Assembly: GCA_964528565.1 (NCBI GenBank) | Contig: CAZGSP010000061.1 | Location: 1-48,072, forward strand | Source: an uncultured Pseudomonadales bacterium | GTDB taxonomy: Bacteria > Patescibacteriota > Microgenomatia > UBA1400 > MFAQ01 | Direction: 5' to 3' | Length of the DNA stretch: 48,072 bases | Part shown: positions 19,167 to 26,765 of the stretch, piece by piece | Layout of the letters: each line of letters starts with the position of its first letter | Numbering within the stretch: position 1 is the first letter of the stretch | Notes under the pieces: model-generated | Database searches by the model: none | Seen by the model: only the letters and a program-made list of their open reading frames with translations | Told to the model about the DNA's origin: nothing | Made by a program: the position numbers and the translations under genes

Positions 19167-20123
19167 TTATATCTTTGTAATTTTCAGATGTTGGTAAGCT
19201 TTCTCGGTTGCCACTCTTCCCTTCGAGGTCTTCGATAAAAATCCGGATTGAAGCAAGTATGGTTCGTACAGATCGGTAATAGTATCAACCGACTCGGAAA
19301 TCAGGGCCGCCAGTGTTTCGAGACCGACAGGTCCACCCTTGTGTTGCTCTATTATGGCTCTTAAGAGTCTTCGATCGGTTTCGTCCAGGCCTTCTTCATC
19401 TACCTGATAAAAGTCGAGTGAAAGTTTGATATTGCTTGGGGTAGTAATCGACCCGTGTTCGACCAGGGTATAGTCCCGGACACGACGAAGCAGTTTGAGA
19501 GCAATACGGGCGGTGCCACGGGAGCGCTGAGCGATTTCCAGAGCCGACTCATCATCAAGCTTGAGTCCGAATTTTTTGGCGGCATTCTGAACGATACCCC
19601 GGAGTTCTTCGGGGATATAAAAGCGGAGGCGGTGAACAATGCCAAAACGGTCGCGGAGCGGAGAACTGATCCTGCCTGCCTGAGTGGTAGCTCCGACCAA
19701 AGTAAAGGGATTAAGGTCCAAGCGAAGATTCTTCGCCGCCGGGCCTTTGCCCAAGATAATGTCGATGGCGAAGTCTTCCATGGCAGGATAAAGGGCTTCT
19801 TCAACGGTTTTGTTTAGCCGGTGGATCTCGTCAATAAAAAGGACATCACCCGGTTCGAGCGCGGTCAGAATGGAGGCCAAGTCCCCTGCACGGGTGAGTG
19901 CCGGCCCGGAAGTCATCTTAAGGTTGACTCCCATTTCGTTCGCGATGATATGAGCAAGAGTGGTCTTCCCGAGACCGGGAGGACCGTAGAGAAGCGTGTG
20001 TTCCATGGGTTCGCTTCTGGATTTGGCTGCCGAAATGGCAATTTTGAGAGACTTAACTACCTGTGGTTGTCCCGCGAAGTCTGTCCAGGATGATGGTCTC
20101 AGCGACTCGGCTTGGTTGATCAT
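19167..20123 (-). CDS. ruvB: Holliday junction branch-migration ATPase RuvB
   Basis: It has GPPGLGKTTLA and DEIHRL, and a typical RuvB C-terminal winged helix. It is 318 aa. Confidence 0.95.
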   Translation of the reverse strand: MINQAESLRPSSWTDFAGQPQVVKSLKIAISAAKSRSEPMEHTLLYGPPGLGKTTLAHIIANEMGVNLKMTSGPALTRAGDLASILTALEPGDVLFIDEIHRLNKTVEEALYPAMEDFAIDIILGKGPAAKNLRLDLNPFTLVGATTQAGRISSPLRDRFGIVHRLRFYIPEELRGIVQNAAKKFGLKLDDESALEIAQRSRGTARIALKLLRRVRDYTLVEHGSITTPSNIKLSLDFYQVDEEGLDETDRRLLRAIIEQHKGGPVGLETLAALISESVDTITDLYEPYLLQSGFLSKTSKGRVATEKAYQHLKITKI

Positions 20124-20677
20124 CGTCGAAGTTGTTTAAGGGCGGTTTTAACCTGGGTCGCAAGAGGCAGGGAGCTATCAATATCCGAAACGCACGACAT
20201 AATTTCCTGTTTTTGAAATCCGAGGGCGGATAGAGAGTCGATTAGGTCCGAAGAGCCTTCCATGTTTTTCATATTTATCTCTCCTTTACCGACTTTCGAC
20301 TTCAGATCGAGAATTATTTTTTGGGCGGTTTTTTTGCCAACACCGGAAATTGAAGTGAAGAAGCCCAGGTTGCTCGCCTCAATGGCCTTCAGGATATTTT
20401 CGGAAGAGGAGGCGGTGAAAATAGCCAAGCCTATCTTGGGACCGACACCGGACACGGAAATAAGGAGCTCAAACAGGTCCAAGTCCCCCGAGGTGGTAAA
20501 GCCAAACAGAGACAAATTATCTTCGCGAAGGTGGGTGTGGATATATAGCTGGGCACTTTCCTTTTCCAAAAAAACGAGACTGCCCGGAATATAGACGGTA
20601 AAGCCAATGCCATTGGCAAAAAGAATTATTTTCCCCTTGCCGGCATATTTTATTTCGCCTTCCAAGTAGCCGATCAT
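20120..20677 (-). CDS. ruvA: Holliday junction DNA-binding protein RuvA
   Basis: It starts MIGYLEGEI..., has helix-hairpin-helix motifs (LISVSGVGPKIGLAI, ISGVGKKTAQKII) and an ATGA overlap with ruvB. Confidence 0.85.
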   Translation of the reverse strand: MIGYLEGEIKYAGKGKIILFANGIGFTVYIPGSLVFLEKESAQLYIHTHLREDNLSLFGFTTSGDLDLFELLISVSGVGPKIGLAIFTASSSENILKAIEASNLGFFTSISGVGKKTAQKIILDLKSKVGKGEINMKNMEGSSDLIDSLSALGFQKQEIMSCVSDIDSSLPLATQVKTALKQLRR

Positions 20678-20698
20678 AGACTCATTCTAGCACGACCC

Positions 20699-21169
20699 CT
20701 ACCGAACCCGAAAGGCGTGGGTGAGAGCGATGGCAACGGCGTCGGCAGCATCGTCCGGTCTGATCTTGGCTTTCAGATGGAGAATTTTACCCACCATAAA
20801 CTCTACCTGGCTCTTTTCCGCTTTGCCGTAGCCGGTAAGTGAGGACTTGACTTGCAGTGGGGTGTATTGAAAAACGTCCAGACCGGCTTTTTGGCCGGCA
20901 AGGAGGATCACTCCACGGGCGGAGGCGACGTCGATCGCCGTTTTGGCATTTTTTTCAAAAAATAGTGATTCTACGGCCAAAACGTCCGGATGGTGAAGCT
21001 TGATCAGGTCTTCGATAAAGGCGTAAATTTTGACTAATCTTTCGGGAAGTTCGCTGTTGGCTTTGGTCTCGAAACAGCCACAATCGAGAAAAGAGTCCAC
21101 TCCTTTTTCGTGGGTAACTATCCCCCACCCCACCCTGCCGGTTCCGGGATCTATGCCAAGTATCTTCAT
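20699..21169 (-). CDS. ruvC: Crossover junction endodeoxyribonuclease RuvC
   Basis: It has MKILGIDPGTGRVGWGIV... and a C-terminal DAADAVAIALTH. The start is placed at the ATG at 21169; the ORF track begins at 21184. Confidence 0.9.
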   Translation of the reverse strand: MKILGIDPGTGRVGWGIVTHEKGVDSFLDCGCFETKANSELPERLVKIYAFIEDLIKLHHPDVLAVESLFFEKNAKTAIDVASARGVILLAGQKAGLDVFQYTPLQVKSSLTGYGKAEKSQVEFMVGKILHLKAKIRPDDAADAVAIALTHAFRVR

Positions 21170-21223
21170 GATTTGATTGTACACACTAGCTTTGAAAATG
21201 ATAAAATATGAGCGTGGTTTCTT

Positions 21224-21297
21224 GGGTCAGTAGCTCAGTCGGTTAGAGCACCTGCCTTTTAAGCAGGGTGTCGCGGGTTCGAGTCCCGCCTGACCCA
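21224..21297 (+). tRNA. tRNA-Lys (anticodon UUU)
   Basis: The cloverleaf was read by eye. Acceptor GGGTCAG/CTGACCC, D-arm GCTC-AGTCGGTTA-GAGC, anticodon arm CCTGC-CTTTTAA-GCAGG, T-arm GCGGG-TTCGAGT-CCCGC, discriminator A. CCA is not encoded. Confidence 0.9.
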
Positions 21298-21306
21298 CAT
21301 TTAATA

Positions 21307-21329
21307 ATTTTCCCCCTCGCGGGGAAAAT
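21307..21329 (+). terminator. Hairpin after tRNA-Lys (ATTTTCCCC-CTCGC-GGGGAAAAT)
   Basis: A 9-bp stem lies 10 nt after the tRNA. The downstream sequence is AT-rich but is not a clean T-run. Confidence 0.4.
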
Positions 21330-21475
21330 ATTAAATATTGACATAGCGGGATCTCGAATGACGGAGCCGTGTCGACGGCGAGTCGGGGCCTGAGGGAAAC
21401 TCAGCAGAGTTTTACCGAAAGGAGTCCCGCCTCTCGAGTTTTGGTCTGTCGGAGGAGTCCCGCATAAATATTTTT

Positions 21476-21548
21476 GGCCCCGTCGTCTAGTGGTTAGGAC
21501 GTCAGGTTTTCATCCTGAATATCGCGGGTTCGAGTCCCGCCGGGGTCA
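21476..21548 (+). tRNA. tRNA-Glu (anticodon UUC)
   Basis: Acceptor GGCCCCG/CGGGGTC (one G-U pair), anticodon arm TCAGG-TTTTCAT-CCTGA, T-arm GCGGG-TTCGAGT-CCCGC, discriminator A. CCA is not encoded. Confidence 0.9.
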
Positions 21549-23029
21549 CCCTCATTTTGATTACCACCTGAAAGGGTGGTAATTGCTTGAAAGAGCGGTC
21601 CAATTTGTGAGTTCGAAAAGCCTGGAAACGAGTAAATCACTCCATTTGGAAATACTGCTCTCTGTAAATCTGTTTTTGTTGATATATCAGCGTCAAACCA
21701 AAACAAGTGAAGGGTTCGAAAGAAGTTGTCGGCGAAAGACAATAACATGTCCAGTTTTATCTCTTCCCCGTGACTTTGATTTACCTCAAGCTTGAGTTGA
21801 AGTAATTTTGACTTTATCTTGGCTAGTTGCTCTCTTGCGTCGTCTTCATCCAAAACCTCACTACTAGCCAGGTCAATGACCCTTTGTTTTTTGGCTTCCC
21901 AAACAAGTATTTCTTTTCGCGCTCTCTTAGAAGTATCTTCCGCCGTTTCCATTTCGTCCTCAAACTTCTTGGTAAGTTTTACCTTGACGCTTTCCCACCG
22001 TTCAGGGTTGGGCCTCACGCCTTTGAGGAACTCTAGGAAGGCATTTTCTATGACGTGTTTGTCCACAGACTTGACCCCTGGATTGGTACAGGCTTTGTTA
22101 TGGCAGTAGTATTTATAGTATTGCTTGGTGTTACCTTTTACAGGAGAGGCTGTCATTTTCTTCCCGCAAAAACTACAAATAAGGTTGTCTCTCAGTGGGC
22201 ACAATTCATTTATAGTTAGTTTGGTGGCTTTGAGTGGGTTTATCCTCTCTTGGCAAGTTCGAAAGGTTTCTATATCAATCAGCGGTTTATGCCTGCCTTC
22301 GTATTCTTCCCCCACACTTGGCTTAAGTATTCCAATATAGAAGGGGTTTTGAAGGACTTTCAAAACGTACGTTCGCGAGAAGTTTATTTTTTGACCTTTG
22401 AAGTTCTTTATATTTTTCTCAGTCAGCCAATTTGATATTTCGGTAACGCTTCCGCCATTGGCGTGTTTCTGGAATATTTTTGTGAAGTAGTCCGCACAAC
22501 CTTTATCTAAAATGGCCACATCGGCTTTACCATTGTCGGTTTGTTTATTGATGTAACCACCTGGAGCTTTCCATGGCCATATTCCATGACTCAAAAGGTT
22601 CTTCATGGCTAGGTTTACTCTTTCTTTTTTAACTTCGTTTTCGAATTGGGCAATAGCGACCATTACTGCTTCTGTAAGCCTCCCTGAGGGCGAGTCTTCA
22701 AGCCTCTCAGAAGCCGAGACTATCGTCATTCCCTTTTTAGTCAGTTCGGATTTGATGTAGTAATAGACTGGAGAGCTCCTAGCTACTCTATCTATTTTGT
22801 AGAAAACAACAAAATCAGCTTGTCCTTTATATTTTTCGCAAAACTCCAATAGGCGGGCGACTCTTTTCTCATTTGTTTCTTTTGCACTTTCCGCCTCTAC
22901 AATGTCGGTTCCAATTACTTCCCAGCCTAAATTTTTACAGTGATTTCTACACTGCTCAAGCTGTACCTCAGTGGAGGTATTACCGATTTGCTTCGGGTCG
23001 GAGAATCTTGTCGTTATTAAAGCTTTCAT
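21494..23029 (-). CDS. Large serine recombinase (integrase)
   Basis: It has an N-terminal resolvase domain (ITTRFSDPKQ with catalytic Ser; KIDRVARS), a recombinase domain, a zinc ribbon (CSFCGKKMTASPVKGNTKQYYKYYCHNKAC) and a coiled-coil stretch. The last 55 nt of the ORF are antisense to tRNA-Glu. Confidence 0.9.
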   Translation of the reverse strand: MKALITTRFSDPKQIGNTSTEVQLEQCRNHCKNLGWEVIGTDIVEAESAKETNEKRVARLLEFCEKYKGQADFVVFYKIDRVARSSPVYYYIKSELTKKGMTIVSASERLEDSPSGRLTEAVMVAIAQFENEVKKERVNLAMKNLLSHGIWPWKAPGGYINKQTDNGKADVAILDKGCADYFTKIFQKHANGGSVTEISNWLTEKNIKNFKGQKINFSRTYVLKVLQNPFYIGILKPSVGEEYEGRHKPLIDIETFRTCQERINPLKATKLTINELCPLRDNLICSFCGKKMTASPVKGNTKQYYKYYCHNKACTNPGVKSVDKHVIENAFLEFLKGVRPNPERWESVKVKLTKKFEDEMETAEDTSKRARKEILVWEAKKQRVIDLASSEVLDEDDAREQLAKIKSKLLQLKLEVNQSHGEEIKLDMLLSFADNFFRTLHLFWFDADISTKTDLQRAVFPNGVIYSFPGFSNSQIGPLFQAITTLSGGNQNEGDPGGTRTRDIQDENLTS

Positions 23030-23246
23030 TTTTATTCGAACTTACGTCAATTTTACCACCAAAAGAGGTAGTTTGGATGGACTTTTTGAAGGCGTCAAAA
23101 ATCATTTGGACTAGCAGGTCTTCTTGGGCTTCTATAGAAAGTTTCTCTTTTGTGACCACGACATAAACGACTAATTAGTCGGCTAGTCATTCACAAAATT
23201 ACTTTTGGAATATTTCGGCCAATAATCGCTTACTGGTCCTTTCGAC

Positions 23247-23450
23247 TCAGGAACCGCTTGAGTCTTGTTCGCCTTGTTGGTTCTTTATTTCTCGAAATAT
23301 CTCAAACGACATTGCAGTACATCCACACTTTTGGCAAAGCACACCGTCTGTTTTTTTCTTATTCACCCATCCTCCACAAATTTGGCCATTGTGCTTGTGG
23401 TCGCATTTTATTTTGACTGTTTTGTCTTCTTCCATGAGGACAATATACAC
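23247..23450 (-). CDS. Small zinc-ribbon protein
   Basis: It has C-x-H ... C and C-x2-C-x-C (KCDHKHNGQICGG ... LCQKCGC). It is 67 aa, or shorter if the start is MEEDK. Confidence 0.4.
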   Translation of the reverse strand: MYIVLMEEDKTVKIKCDHKHNGQICGGWVNKKKTDGVLCQKCGCTAMSFEIFREIKNQQGEQDSSGS

Positions 23451-23548
23451 TTTATATACGGAGGTGTCAAGGAATATACTGATATATCAAGGTTTATATA
23501 CTACTATAATTTAGGCAGTTTGACAAGTGTCCGTGCTAGAATACTGAT

Positions 23549-24013
23549 ATGACAACCAAAAATGACCCAGAGGTGAAAGGGGGCGTTTTTACTAGACCTT
23601 TTAACTTACCTCAGCCTTTACTTTGGGTCATGTGGTCACTTTTTTTAGCGGTTTTAATTTTATTGATATTCATAGTTTCTTCTGACCCAGGGGCGGAAGA
23701 CGCGGGTTACACGATTTTGTTTATGGCTTTCCTGGTGGTTTTTACCTATCCTGGGAAAAATTTTCAGACAAAAGTACTTGCCTTAGGAAAAAAGTTAGAA
23801 GAGCTAGTGACCGTTGTGATTACATGGATTATTTATGCGGCGATAGGTTTAGGAGCTTTGTGGTTGTTGTTTTCGGGTGTGTCTTGGTTGTTTTCGGGAA
23901 GTAGCGGACCAAGCATTGAAGACCAAGTGGAAGACGCGGCTCAGGACGCCGTAGATGATTTTAAGTCAAACTGTTACGAGAAGGGCAGTGTCCTCATTTG
24001 TCCAAACGATTAA
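23549..24013 (+). CDS. Small multi-pass membrane protein with an acidic C-terminal tail
   Basis: It has three to four hydrophobic helices (LLWVMWSLFLAVLILLIFIV, ILFMAFLVVF, IIYAAIGLGALWLLFSGVSWLF). It is the only plus-strand gene in the leftward module. Confidence 0.5.
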   Translation: MTTKNDPEVKGGVFTRPFNLPQPLLWVMWSLFLAVLILLIFIVSSDPGAEDAGYTILFMAFLVVFTYPGKNFQTKVLALGKKLEELVTVVITWIIYAAIGLGALWLLFSGVSWLFSGSSGPSIEDQVEDAAQDAVDDFKSNCYEKGSVLICPND

Positions 24014-24378
24014 ACCAACCTAAACCTTTCGTACTTTGGGTTACCTCCTTTTGGAAAATATAAAAACCCTTTCCCGTGTGGCATTACCCATCGTGGTAGC
24101 CAGTAAAGCCTGCTAATCGCGAATTCGTCGTCCAAGACAAGTACGACAAAATCATCAGCGAAGCACCTCTCAAACCTGGTGAAGTTTATTTGGAAGAAAC
24201 CCCCCTTTCTTAACTTTCGTGTTTTTACTTCTAGTCTTCTTGTCTTCCCCTCAGTCGGTACCCGAACATCATAGGAGCGTTTTCCTGGTTCTGTACCTTT
24301 GAATAAATTTTTAATAATTTCCTGACCCAATACCCCAAGGTAGTAGGCTTTTCTTTTCTGTAGTGTGGTTTGTTTCAT
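24010..24378 (-). CDS. Small protein with a PD-(D/E)xK-nuclease-like motif
   Basis: SYDVRV ... RRLEVKTRK gives a D ... E-x-K arrangement at the spacing typical of restriction-endonuclease-fold proteins. This is motif-level evidence only. Confidence 0.35.
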   Translation of the reverse strand: MKQTTLQKRKAYYLGVLGQEIIKNLFKGTEPGKRSYDVRVPTEGKTRRLEVKTRKLRKGGFFQINFTRFERCFADDFVVLVLDDEFAISRLYWLPRWVMPHGKGFLYFPKGGNPKYERFRLV

Positions 24379-24416
24379 TGTTTTTATGTATGGTTAGTGG
24401 TCATGTACCCCAGAAG

Positions 24417-24716
24417 TTATTGAGAGACCGTGTTACAAGCCTCTCCCAGCCCTACCATTGATTTTTCTATGAGGTCGTAAACTTTAATAATTGTTTTCTC
24501 CATGTCTTTAAGCTGGGAAACTTTCTTGGCATTCTTTTTGAAGAGAATTTCAGCTAAATACTCAAAAAGATTGGCAAGGTTTGGGTGGTACGTTCTTTCG
24601 GACCATTCAATGTCCCCGTTTCCTCGAACTCTTTTATGGGTTGCCAGAATCCACTGGTATTCGTCCACCAGAACGGCGAACTTTGGTTTTTTTGACTCGA
24701 AAATGATTTTTGTCAT
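24417..24716 (-). CDS. Hypothetical protein (99 aa)
   Basis: The ORF is in operon context, with a 4-nt overlap with the upstream gene. No family was recognised. Confidence 0.45.
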   Translation of the reverse strand: MTKIIFESKKPKFAVLVDEYQWILATHKRVRGNGDIEWSERTYHPNLANLFEYLAEILFKKNAKKVSQLKDMEKTIIKVYDLIEKSMVGLGEACNTVSQ

Positions 24717-25156
24717 TTGTTTTTAGTATTGGTTTTGATAGTTTCATTTTTCTTCAGTTCCCGAACCTTATTCATGTACTGCCTCATGTAAATTCTTCTT
24801 TTCTCCCTTTGCTCCTCATTTCTTCTTTGGTAAATCAGTCTCAACAATGCCCGTCGATTAGCTACGCGACACTCCTCACACAGAATCTTTCTGAATTCTC
24901 TAGGTTTGCCACAGCGACAAAGTTTTTCTGTGAGAGAAGACTTTCTGTAGGCTTTTTGGTATTCCATGATGTGCTCGTGGTTTTTGGCAAGGTAGATTTT
25001 CCTTTTTTCCTTCAGCTCCTCCTTGTGCTTTAATTGGTAACGTTTGTTTGTCTCTTGCTTCCACTTCTTTTCTTTCTTGGTTCGACACTCCTCACAGAAA
25101 TGCTGATATGGCTTGCTTTGGAATGTGTGGTGGCAGGATGGGCAGGTTTTTTCCAT
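24713..25156 (-). CDS. Basic double zinc-ribbon protein with an internal duplication
   Basis: There are two modules, CPSC-x12-CEEC followed by a Lys/Arg-rich helix, and CRC-x10-CEEC followed by an Arg-rich helix. The HFCEECR / ILCEECR motif is repeated. Confidence 0.5.
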   Translation of the reverse strand: MEKTCPSCHHTFQSKPYQHFCEECRTKKEKKWKQETNKRYQLKHKEELKEKRKIYLAKNHEHIMEYQKAYRKSSLTEKLCRCGKPREFRKILCEECRVANRRALLRLIYQRRNEEQREKRRIYMRQYMNKVRELKKNETIKTNTKNK

Positions 25157-25171
25157 GGTTTTTAATAATTT

Positions 25172-26014
25172 TTAAAATCTTTCTTTTAGCCAGTCGTGTT
25201 GTTCTCCACGTCTCAGCCAGTTGTTTAGATACGCTTGGTAATTTTTTACGGTCTTACCTTCCGCTTCCAGGTAGTCGTAAGCTTTCTCCCCTTCCGTGAC
25301 TACGTCGTTAACTTCCATTTGGTAGACAATCGCCAAGTGTTCTAGTTCCTCATCGGGGATATTTTTGAGCCATTCCTTGTTTCCAGTTCCCGCTAATCGC
25401 GAATTGGGGGTGTCTGTATCTGAAGCTTCTACCTCTCCTACGTTATCTACGTTACTTACGTTATTTACATAAATACTTTTATTACTGATTACTTTGTTTA
25501 CCTTGAGAGAGAAACCTAAAGAAACACCCCTTATGTAGGCACGAATTCGTTTCACCCATGAAACAGACTGTTTCACCCATGAAACGGCAGGCACGAAATC
25601 CATGTAAAGAAAACTGTCATTTTGTGCGTAGTCCGTTTCACCTATGAAACGGAAGGCTTCCATAAATAGTTTCTTGTTACTTGCTCTGTGGCAGAATAAA
25701 TCAAGTGCGTCTGTGGGAATTAGCCGACCATTATCTAAGCGCAAGACTAGACCAACAGCGATAAGTTTGTTCACATCTCTTGAGATTGACGGCTTACTTC
25801 TTCCGCTCATTTCTGACAATTCGTCGTATGACTCTCTAACCTCAAGCCAGTCAATTTTTCTACAGTCCCACACGGCGAGCGTGAGAAGTAATTCCCAAAT
25901 AATGAACTCGCCCTCTGACAAGCTTTTTTCTTTTTTAACTGTCCATCTACTTCGTGGCATGGGTTGCCAACCTTTCAAACTGTTTTTATTGGTTATCTTT
26001 CTCCAGTTACCCAT
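25172..26014 (-). CDS. Replication-initiator-like protein (winged-helix N-domain, repeat-encoded linker, C-terminal helical domain)
   Basis: It has an HTH-like segment (SYDELSEMSGRSKPSISRDVNKLIAVGLV) and a C-terminal ...KNYQAYLNNWLRRG resembling the DnaD/replisome-organiser type motif. Iteron-like DNA repeats sit in the middle of the gene. Confidence 0.5.
   Translation of the reverse strand: MGNWRKITNKNSLKGWQPMPRSRWTVKKEKSLSEGEFIIWELLLTLAVWDCRKIDWLEVRESYDELSEMSGRSKPSISRDVNKLIAVGLVLRLDNGRLIPTDALDLFCHRASNKKLFMEAFRFIGETDYAQNDSFLYMDFVPAVSWVKQSVSWVKRIRAYIRGVSLGFSLKVNKVISNKSIYVNNVSNVDNVGEVEASDTDTPNSRLAGTGNKEWLKNIPDEELEHLAIVYQMEVNDVVTEGEKAYDYLEAEGKTVKNYQAYLNNWLRRGEQHDWLKERF
25439..25468. repeat. 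3.3 tandem copies of the 9-bp unit TACGTTAYY, next to an AT-rich stretch
   Basis: The sequence is TACGTTATC TACGTTACT TACGTTATT TAC, followed by ATAAATACTTTTATTACTGATTACTTTGTTTA. Confidence 0.7.
25549..25650. repeat. Three copies of a 16-bp dyad-symmetric iteron GTTTCACC(C/T)ATGAAAC
   Basis: The copies lie at 25549-25564, 25570-25585 and 25635-25650. The first two are exact and 21 bp apart start to start. Each has 6-bp inverted arms GTTTCA/TGAAAC. Confidence 0.7.
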
Positions 26015-26246
26015 TTAAGTTCTCCTTTCTCAAGGTAACTTTTTTACTTAGTTCCCCAGGTATTTTTTCCATGGTAATGAAGCCAGCTCTTTCTAATCTT
26101 TTGAAGGCGGCGTTTACATCCTGTTTTCTCGCCCCTAAGTCATCAGCTAGTCCAGACTGTTTACCGTTAAAAACTTCTTCACTTCTGAGAATATCCAGGA
26201 TTGTTCTTTCTATCCAACCTAATTTTTTTGGTGTGTTATAAACCAT
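26007..26246 (-). CDS. Small winged-helix DNA-binding protein (MarR/ArsR-like), first gene of the leftward operon
   Basis: WIERTILDILRSEE...QSGLADDLGARKQDVNAAFKRLERAGFI matches the wHTH recognition-helix pattern. Confidence 0.55.
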   Translation of the reverse strand: MVYNTPKKLGWIERTILDILRSEEVFNGKQSGLADDLGARKQDVNAAFKRLERAGFITMEKIPGELSKKVTLRKENLNG

Positions 26247-26273
26247 TTTGTATTTGTGTTAATAAATATTTTT

Positions 26274-26475
26274 GGAAGAAGTGGGGAGGCACAACCCATC
26301 CCCCACTCTTCCGATTGAGGCCCAAATGACTCATCAACATTTGGTAAAGCTAAAAAAATTAGCTCTTCAAGCAACTCTGTTTTTCCAATCCAGTAGCGGG
26401 ATAAGGAAATTCAAATTTGTTTGAAGAGCTTTTTAGTAAAGTCTCTTTAACCTGTAATAAGGTTTAACAGGTTAA
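26274..26475. promoter_or_regulatory. Divergent control region with three inverted repeats
   Basis: IR1 is GGAAGAAGTGGGG (26274-26286) / CCCCCACTCTTCC (26300-26312), imperfect. IR2 is AGCTCTTCAA (26361-26370) / TTGAAGAGCT (26421-26430). IR3 is TTAACCTGT (26447-26455) / ACAGGTTAA (26467-26475). Confidence 0.45.
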
Positions 26476-26517
26476 AAAGAGCTTGTCAATACCCTAATGG
26501 ACCTGTAGTCTATTCTT

Positions 26518-26757
26518 ATGGTAAGAGGAAAACCCAAAATACAAATCAGTTTAGAAAACAGATTGGCATTAAAACCAGGCATGTTGTACACCAGTAAGGA
26601 ATTAGGAGAAATATTTCGAGTTAGTTATAGTTCCGTCAAGAGGATAGTAAGGTCTGGTCTTATAAGTTTTTCTGTTGTAGGCAAGAGAAAAAGATTTTCG
26701 ACCGAAGATGTTATAGATTTTCTATCAAAAATTACTAAGGTTGGAATCATCGATTAG
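26518..26757 (+). CDS. Excisionase-family / MerR-like helix-turn-helix DNA-binding protein
   Basis: LYTSKELGEIFRVSYSSVKRIVRSGLISFSVVGKRKRFSTEDVIDFL is the classic excisionase-type HTH pattern. It is the first gene of the rightward operon. Confidence 0.6.
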   Translation: MVRGKPKIQISLENRLALKPGMLYTSKELGEIFRVSYSSVKRIVRSGLISFSVVGKRKRFSTEDVIDFLSKITKVGIID

Positions 26758-26765
26758 CAACGCCC

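Noticed and set aside
21380-21415. Possible 4.5S/SRP RNA in the tRNA spacer, because of a CTGAG-GGAAA-CTCAG hairpin followed by CAGCAG
   Set aside because: The loop is a pentaloop rather than the GNRA tetraloop. I could not find the conserved symmetric and asymmetric loop sequences of SRP domain IV, and the flanking sequence does not form the long closing helix.
24112-24125. The exact 14-mer GCTAATCGCGAATT is repeated at 24112-24125 and 25392-25405
   Set aside because: A few exact 14-mer repeats are expected by chance in a 48-kb window. The two copies are read in different frames inside two unrelated ORFs, and the flanks do not match.
25439-25650. Possible CRISPR-like array, given the short repeats in the element
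   Set aside because: There are only three 16-bp dyad repeats with irregular 5-bp and 49-bp spacers, plus contiguous 9-bp tandem units, all inside an ORF. No repeat-spacer periodicity and no cas genes are present. I interpret them as iterons.
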